In this document: positions 56,156 to 64,000 of the stretch, piece by piece | Position numbering within the stretch: position 1 is the first letter of the stretch | Layout of the letters: every line of letters starts with the position of its first letter | NCBI GenBank assembly: GCA_009914755.4 | Contig: CP068257.2 | Span: 11,648,001-11,712,000, forward strand | DNA from: the human T2T-CHM13v2.0 reference genome, Homo sapiens | DNA: 64,000 nucleotides | Direction: 5' to 3' | Translations under genes and position numbers: made by a program | Notes under the pieces: generated by a model | Seen by the model: the letters and a program-made list of their open reading frames with translations, nothing else | Told to the model about the DNA's origin: nothing | Databases searched by the model: none

Positions 56156-56930
56156 CGTTACTACGTTTGTATTGACTATGTCAATGTTGATTGTTATGAT
56201 CGCTGTCTCAGGACTGCACGGCAGCGAGGGGATTGCGGATCTTATATTAATATTTTTGTATTGAGGCAGTGCATTAGCATTACAGGTGCTTGTTACATGA
56301 GCAATGGGGGTGTCATATTTTGGGTGTCATGTCTGCATTAGGAATGTTGCATTTGTCTTCCGAGGCTGCGGTGTGGATCTTGCACTGTGGCCGCCTCGCC
56401 TTGGCTGGGGAGAACCTCGGTGGGCAGGATTCAGAGGGGCTTTTGGTTTCCCGTTTTCCACACTGAACCCTTCTAACTGGTCTCTGACCCTGATTATTCA
56501 GGGCTGCAAACAGGAAGGATTTTATTCACTGTCGATGTGGCCCCGAGTTGTCCCAAAGCGAGGCAGTGCCCGCAAGGTCTGTGCTGAGGAGAACACTGCT
56601 CTGCCTTCGCGGTGTCCCCCGGGTCTGTGCTGAGCAGAACGCAGCTGCACCCTCGCGGTGCCCCCGGCCTGCCTGCCCGCCCAGGTCTGTGCTGAGGAGA
56701 ACACTGCTCTGCCTTTGCTATATCTCTGAAGTCTGTGCAGAGGAGAACTCAGCTCCGCCCTCGCTATATCTCCGAAGTCTGTGCAGAGGAGAACTCAGCT
56801 CCGCCCTCGCAAGAGGGTGACTGGGTAGCTGATGAATGGCAGCCCCTCCTGCCTGAATGCCCTCTATTGCTGGGCATTGCTGCACAGCACCTTTTTCCTG
56901 GCCTTAATACTTACTTAACAATCTTTTAGA
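56156..56930 (+). repeat. TAR1-like subtelomeric repeat, with tandem 40-46-bp subunits at 56577-56815
   Basis: Five consecutive units of the form gtctgtgc(t/a)gaggagaac(a/t)c(t/a)gctc(t/c)gcc(t/c)tcgc... (for example gtctgtgcagaggagaactcagctccgccctcgctatatctccgaa twice). This motif family is characteristic of human TAR1, which lies adjacent to (TTAGGG)n. Confidence 0.75.
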
Positions 56931-58096
56931 GAGCTCCACGCCTAACACGGAATCTTAAAATGTGACATTCTTCCTATAAAATCAATAGTTAAACCACATT
57001 TTGTAAATTCATACCAAAATAGAAACCCAGGAAAAAAAGCACCCCTTTTGTCCTCTATTTTAATAATAAGAGGGAAAGGGGGCTGGGCTAAAGGGAGGGG
57101 CTGGGCTAAAGGGAACGGCTGCCCTTTCTGTGTGTGGAAAGCTATAATTTAAATATGCACACCAGATTTTCAAGCAGCACACTCTAAAGCATCAGCCCTG
57201 TTATTCGGATGATGGAGTTTGCAGACTTTCTGTTTGCCCTCCTCTTGCTTTTCCCACCTTTGGGGCTTTTCACTGTCCCCAGAAACCCAACCTTAGAATC
57301 GAGAAAGAAGGCAAAGACCGTATCTAATAGACTCATAAGCTCCTTATTAATAATAGTGCAGTAAAGTGTAAATGGGGTAGGTGCCTTTTTTTGCAAAACG
57401 AAGTTTCTAGATTCTCTGTGTTGCATTTAGCCAGGCCCTCATTTCTAACCACAGGGTAGAAAATCAAGTTAACAAAGACCGTGTTTTGTCCTTCTATTTC
57501 CATATGGACGTCATGTTTCACACCTGCACTCCTGTCTGCTCGGTTCCACAAAGGGAGAGTAACCACTGAGTGCATTTTAAATGTTCTTTGACTGCTTGCG
57601 TTTTCAAAAGCACAGCACACGAGCATCTCAGTCAAGATGAGCTGGTAGGACCTCTCCTGACACCCTATTCCCTCACAGTGGACCTCTCACTGGAAACCTC
57701 CACTTTTGCTGCTTAGCTCAGTGTGTCTCTGCAAATAGGCATGTTTAAGCAAAGAATAAATGCCTAAGGCGATGCAGGTGGGTAGCAGGGGAGAGTCAGG
57801 GAGACAAAAAGAACAGTAGCACTTACATGGAGCTCTGCCACCTTTTGGGCTAACATGGTCATGAACAGATCAGGAACCTGAGGCAATCAAAGGACTTCAC
57901 CCCACAAAGCCAGGGCACTCTCAGGAGCTGGAAAACCCAGGAGAATTTCCACATATTCCTGAGAGTTCCTCGTGCATTACCTTTAGTGCCTCATTAGCAG
58001 GAATGGGTCCTTCTGTGGCTTCACCAGACTGTTTCGCAGTAGAAAGAGGACAGACCAAGGAGCCCCAGTCCCACCTGTGACCTCAGGCAGTCACCT

Positions 58097-58385
58097 GACA
58101 CCTCTGAGCCTCAGTTTTCTCATCTGTTCAGTGGGGATGGTATATTTCTCCTTACAGGGCTGTGGAAAGGACAACATAATCTTACACAGAAAAAGTAGTA
58201 CTAAGCTAACATTGGTTGAGTGCCTATTACATTCTACACAACGCGCTAAGTACTTTGCATATTTTGTCTCATTGAATTCTGATGACAACCCTGTGAAGTA
58301 GGAACTCTTACTATCCCCCATGCTATGGATGCAGAAACTGGGGCTCAGAGCAGTTAAGTACCTGGCCAAAGGCCAGAAAGTCAAC
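58097..58385. mobile_element. Two MIR fragments head-to-head (sense 58097-58280, antisense 58281-58385)
   Basis: Sense: gagcctcagttttctcatctgttcagtggggatggtatatttctccttacagggctgtggaaaggac...ctaagtactttgcatattttg. Antisense: caaccctgtgaagtaggaactcttactatcccccatgctatggatgcagaaactggggctcagagcagttaagtacctggccaaaggcc. Confidence 0.85.
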
Positions 58386-58403
58386 TAGAATTGATGTGTC
58401 CAT

Positions 58404-58431
58404 TTTCATTCATTCATTCATTCATTCATCA
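58404..58431. repeat. (CATT)6 microsatellite
   Basis: cattcattcattcattcattcatcattt. Confidence 0.95.
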
Positions 58432-61400
58432 TTTATTGAGTACCCGTTCCACGCCAGGCAATGAGAAGCAAATCACAAATACTCCCTGCCCCATGGCACT
58501 GACAGTCTTGTTACTGCAAAGTACAAGGTGCAGAGTAAATGGAAGTCAAATCAGATTCCAACTTCTACTCAACTCCCAGTAGGCCCCAGACTAAACTCTC
58601 CAGAACAATGGTACTGCTCCTGTGGTTTTGCCTGGTGCTCACGATTGAGACATACTCAAAGAAGAGACTGCTGGCTCTGCAGGTCCTCCAGGGACAGAAG
58701 CCAGGAATGTTGGCCAATACAGAAACATCATAAACATTTTCCTTGTATTTGATGCATTCCTGGACCCATAGATCTGAAAGCAACCTTGAGAATGCATTGA
58801 ATTTATTTCTCTGAATCTGAGGAAGATTACATTTAAACTTTGCGTGACAGAGATCCAGCTAGGGAATCTTCACCTTAAAAACCTGGCTAAACAAAGCTCG
58901 TATTCATAAACAGGTGAACTTAAGGGCATCCCCATGCTTTTAAATAGTGAACACTCTGGTGCATTTTAAGCAGGACTGATTCAGTGTATTCTCTTAGCAC
59001 ACAGTTTTCAGGAACGCAAAATATACCTGTGCCCAGCATCTTAAGTCTTTTAAAAAGTAGATGATGCCTTTCTCTCTGTTCACTTACAAGCTCACGCCTT
59101 TAAAAGCATTTGTTTGGAAGTCCTTCCTTAAATCTAACCTGAATCCAACCTGCTGTGCTTAAGGTTACCTCAGTAATCTTTCTAATACAACCCAAGAGAG
59201 AAGGACTGGAGGGAAGAATTTAAGACCCCCATGAGATCAGGAGCAGACTCCTAAGTTAGTTGTATCACTTGTGGCTAAATGTTGGTATCATTTCCCTAAT
59301 TTTTTCTAGCCACTCCCAGGCACTCCAACTGACTCTGAGAATTTTCTTCTTGAACACACTTAAAGAAGCATCTGAAATTTGTGCCATGCAGCTTAGCACT
59401 TACTCAACAAGGATGAATCTTAGAGACCATCAAGTTTTGCCCTTGCAGGAGAGAAGAGGAAACTGAGATTCAGAGAACTGTGACTTAATCAAGGACACAT
59501 AGCAAATCTGTGGCAAAGCTGGGAAGGTGACCCAAACTCCAGACCCCAAGCCCAGTGCTTTTTTTTTTTTTTCAGATCTATGTCTCCCCCACATCTGACT
59601 CTGTTTTCCTGAGGTCCAGAGCCATGCCCTGTTCCTTTTTAGGATTCTCACGACCCAGGCTTAGGCACATTAGTTGTCCAAAGCACACTTGGCTTGCTCT
59701 GACTTGAACAGTACAATGAGCTATGTCTTAGTTTCAGGCAAGACCACCTTGACCATGGGACATGAAAAGGCACTCTATGGGGCCTCTACTATGATGTAGC
59801 AGGGACTGTGTTAGCACATTGCTATAGCCCTGGGAAGCAAGAATTCTTAGCGCCCATTGCCCAGATGAAGAAACTCACTTTCAGAGAGGGTAAAGAATGT
59901 CTCTATGGTACCACAGCTATACAGTGGCCAGGCTGGAATTCAAAACCAGGTTTGCCTGCCTCCTTCTCCTGTATGATACTGCTTCATAAACAGTCCCCAG
60001 AACCTTAATGACCAGGTGGAACGAACCAACAAGGTCATGCTGAAATTGTGCACCAGTGCCCTAATGACCAAGAGAAAATACATTTCATTCAATTCAAAGG
60101 TATAAAGATGTAAGGTAGAAGCCACCAACTGTGGACATGGAGGAGCCTCAGAGTGACAGCACCTGCTGTCCAGGGGCTCCTCCTCCTCTCTTCCCTCGCA
60201 GTTTCTCTCTCCCTTCCTTTAACACTTATTGACTATGCCAGCCACACAGTAAGCGCTCAATAAGTGTTTGGGCCCATAACCTTCCTATGGGAAAGCCCCT
60301 TCACGTTCTGAACACGGCCTGGCACTGTCCAGATGCCCTTCTGTCCTGTGTGGTCCTGGGCAGGGGCATCTCCTTCTCTTCCAGGACCGCTCTGAACCCT
60401 AACTTGATGGCAGCTGCCTGGCAATCTCATCATCCTCCTGACATGGCCATGTAGCTTCTCAGCTTCCATCATTCCCGAAAGTCTGCAAGGTTATGGGGTT
60501 GCCTTGCTCCAGAGGACACAAAATCGCTTAGCTCTGCTTGGATTTGCTCTTGGCTAGTGGAGACCTGTGACTGCTCTTCCGCTCCCTTGAGCCTTCCTCA
60601 TGGAGGTTTGCTGAGGCACAGTCTGCGATTGATTCCTCATGCTCCTGCTAGGTTTTAACAGCTGGTGAAAACGTCTGCTCATATTTCACTCACACTCCCC
60701 TGGCTGTGGGTTCAAGTCACTGTTGATTTGGTCATTGGGTTACACACATATGCAGCCTGGGTGGACCTGTATGAGTCTTCCCAGAATCAGCGGCCTTGAC
60801 CTCTCATGAGGTCACTCCCCTAGGCTTTGAGAACCACTCCTTGAATATCATCTTGGAACGCGTAAAACAAACAACAAGAGGTTTGAAAGGGCTCAGGACT
60901 CTGCATTTGAAGAATCAAACTATACTATCTTCTGGGTAAGTCACTCCCCTCCTTGTACATGAGTTATTCCATTCATAAAAGGGAAGAACAGGGATAGATA
61001 AGCTTATAGGTCCCTTCTGCACCCAGGCTCTGCCTGATTCTGCTGAACCACAACTTCGGGAGGGTGGCCAAGAGGTCTTTCTGGTCCCTACTAACCGCTT
61101 TCATCTATTCCCTTAACCTGAGGTCTGAAAACACTTTTTTTTTGGCTTCAAAATACAAAAAGAGAAAACTGAAAAATCGAAATAGATAAAACTTTAATTA
61201 AATGTCTACATAATGGAATGTTATGAAAACATCATTAATTGTTAAAGTTGATGTTCATACAAATTGTATTACACTTAAAAACAATTTGTTCCTTAGAATT
61301 ACTCACTTTGAAAGGGTTTTCAAATAAGTCCAGCGATTGCTAAGGCCTCATAGCCATGAATTAGTCACAGCCAACCACAAGCAAAATCATTAAAACCTCT

Positions 61401-61569
61401 TTTAAACATACTACAGCAAATAATAATAATAATTAACGTGAAATGTGGGTGACTTTCAGTATGTTTGATAAAATGTGGGTTGAAATCTCCAAAAGGAAGA
61501 GCGTTCAGGGTCTTCGAAAGTCTTAGGATTACTGTAGAACCAGAGTATAGAATATGCACTCATATTTAT

Positions 61570-61760
61570 AAATCACTTACTCTGTGCCAGGCTCTTCTGA
61601 AGCCCTTCCCATGCATTAACTCACTTAATTGGTGAGACAATTCTTGAGGTAGACACAATCACCATTCCCATTCTACAGGTGAGGAAACTGACTAAGCAAG
61701 TAAGTGGCACAGCTAGAATGGAAATCAATGGCACCAGGGCTCATGTTCTCAGCCACCTTA
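61570..61760 (-). mobile_element. MIR SINE, antisense
   Basis: actctgtgccaggctcttctgaagcccttcccatgcattaactcacttaat...ttctacaggtgaggaaactgactaagcaagtaagtggcacagctagaatggaaatc. Confidence 0.88.
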
Positions 61761-61984
61761 CCACATACAAAGCTTGCCGTGCCGGGTGTTTCCCCGGGAG
61801 GAAACAATTGCTGGCAGGTTAAGAAGGGAGGGAGGTACATCTCCCTAATGAGGAGTGCACTTGACACCGAGTTAAATGGAACCCATTCCTCGCTCGGCTC
61901 TACTGCTACTTGCTAACTCCTCTGTGGTTCTCTTCTGCCCACAGAGATCTCCTCTGTAGCTGACTCTCAGCCTCGCCTAATGCT

Positions 61985-62492
<508 letters not shown>

Positions 62493-63609
62493 ATTATCTT
62501 TTAATTATAAAGATATACATATTGTTTAAACAATTCAATAAATAAGTATACTGAATAACAAAGTGAAGTCTTCCCTTTACCACAATCAACCTACTGTTCT
62601 GTCTCTAGCTGAGGCTCTCTTCCTACGTTCCGCTGTCCCAGACTTCTGCAAAGTATTTATGTATCTATTTAGGTATCTGTCCATCTTTCCATTCCTCTCT
62701 CAATTATATATTCTGGTGGTTTCACTCTCCATGTGGCAACTCTACATCCAGGATCAAAACGGCATCAAAGGAAGCTTGGAACAGTGACAACCCCTACCTG
62801 AGATGTCTCCATTCTAGGGGCAAGGCTGCCTGGTCTGGTGCCTGATATCCATGAGATTAGGAAAAGTAGGTGGGGTCCTGTCCACCCCTTCTATTCCCAA
62901 ACGCTTGTCAGGGTTTCTGTGGCTAACATGCCAGTTGTATCGACTCCTGCACAGTCTCATGTGAAGTGCCACACTACATTCTCAGCCTGGAAGGTTTCAG
63001 GGCTCAGCTGGCTCAGATTCCATGTGTGGGGAGCATTAAGAAAAATAGGTCACCTGTATAAGACTAGTGGCAAAAATCTGACTCAGTGCTAATTCTCTGT
63101 TTGTCCTTTACTTAAAAGGAGAACCATAATTAAAATGATCCAGAAAAGAGAACCAAGCAGGAGACTGAGTTGCTTGGGGAAAGGACCATGCTGCATTGAT
63201 TTCTACATAACCAATGGCAGCAGTGCATTGGATACACAACAGGTTCTCAATAAATTGTTAAATGGATAAGTTGATAGAATAAAAAACAAGGTCTCTTCCC
63301 AGTGCTGCATGCAAAAAAGCTGAGAGTGAATTCTTATTTGCAAAGATGAGAGATTTTTAGTCTTCTGATGGCTGTTTCCTCCTCTCTGTTTCCTTTGCCA
63401 CAGTTTAGGGGCAAAAAAAAGTTTCCATCTCTCAGAAATGGTAGGAGAAACCCTTGGGGCTTAGCTAACAAATCAGGCTGTCTCTTTCCAAAGTTGTGAG
63501 AATAGAAATATTTCACCATCAGCACCAACAATGTCATTTGCATAAGGAAGTGACTTCCTAGCTGAGAGATGGTCAGAATAACATAGAGCCTAGGAGTGAA
63601 GGCAGTGAA

Positions 63610-63790
63610 GTTTGTGAGCCTAGGGCTCTGGTTCTGGTGTCTGCTTCGTGGCTGTGTGATCTTGGGCAAGTTTCCTACATTTTCTGCTTCTCAGTTTTGT
63701 CATCCATAAAATAACAACAGTACCTGCCTCAAATAGTGTGTGGGAGAGGCTTAAACAAGCTAATGTAAGTCAAATCTTGAGCACAATCTC
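63610..63790 (+). mobile_element. MIR SINE
   Basis: ggctgtgtgatcttgggcaagtttcctacattttctgcttctcagttttgtcatccataaaataacaacagtacctgcctcaaatagtgtgtgggagaggcttaaacaagctaatg. Confidence 0.88.
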
Positions 63791-63936
63791 TGGTGTAGCT
63801 ATACATGCTTGTGTATATATCAGAAGCTCAAAATTATACCATTAGTATTAACAACATACTCTGGACCCTCATTATAATGCCATTTTCAATATCCCAACAC
63901 TTGATTTCTATTGACAACTCCTAGGCTCAACTGTTC

Positions 63937-64000
63937 CTCCCACCTCGGCTTCCCGAGTAGCTGGGAATATAGCCACCATGGCTGGCTAATTTTTAATATT
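63937..64000 (-). mobile_element. Start of a minus-strand Alu, truncated by the window end
   Basis: ctcaactgttcctcccacctcggcttcccgagtagctgggaatatagccaccatggctggctaatttttaatatt. Confidence 0.85.

Noticed and set aside
58539-58733. ORF with a hydrophobic N-terminal stretch (MVLLLWFCLVLTIETYS...) resembling a signal peptide, located just distal to TAR1
   Set aside because: Only 64 aa, no splice signals or downstream coding continuation that I can see, and it overlaps two other ORFs in other frames. A hydrophobic stretch alone is insufficient and is more likely chance.

Overview
This window is human (great-ape-type) nuclear DNA, not a microbial locus. I see no operon, CRISPR array or defence-type system in it, and no new biological system. 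It is a repeat-rich, mostly non-coding region. Recognisable content: more than 12 Alu elements (several with identifiable TSDs), about 8 MIR fragments, several old L1 fragments, one MADE1 MITE, many microsatellites, and a three-level nested LTR-retrotransposon cluster at about 18.0-29.3 kb. That cluster is an ERVL provirus with MLT2-type LTRs inserted in a THE1/MST-family MaLR element, which itself sits inside the LTR of an older, internally deleted ERVL. The only protein-coding homology is a two-exon copy of FGF7 exons 2-3 on the + strand (45617-45722 and 46809-47000, with canonical splice sites). It carries amino-acid changes and a compensating indel pair near the C-terminus, so it looks like one of the dispersed partial FGF7 duplicates (KGFLP/FGF7P-like) rather than functional FGF7. 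A both-ends-truncated L1 ORF2 fragment (52.7-55.85 kb) abuts about 300 bp of degenerate telomere-type hexamers (CCCTGA/CCCTAA)n, followed by a TAR1-like subtelomeric repeat with 40-46-bp tandem subunits (56.16-56.93 kb). That is an interstitial telomere/subtelomere fossil typical of segmental-duplication-rich pericentromeric or subtelomeric DNA. Smaller structural items: a 219-bp direct duplication (about 97% identical) at 1.87 and 5.64 kb; a perfectly identical 71-bp inverted repeat bracketing an Alu at 2.3 and 3.6 kb; an unclassified GC-rich 1.7-kb block at 6.04-7.79 kb; and an orphan T(51) homopolymer at 38.7 kb. All calls come from reading the sequence against remembered repeat consensi and protein motifs. 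I ran no database search, so coordinates are approximate to about +/-10 bp.
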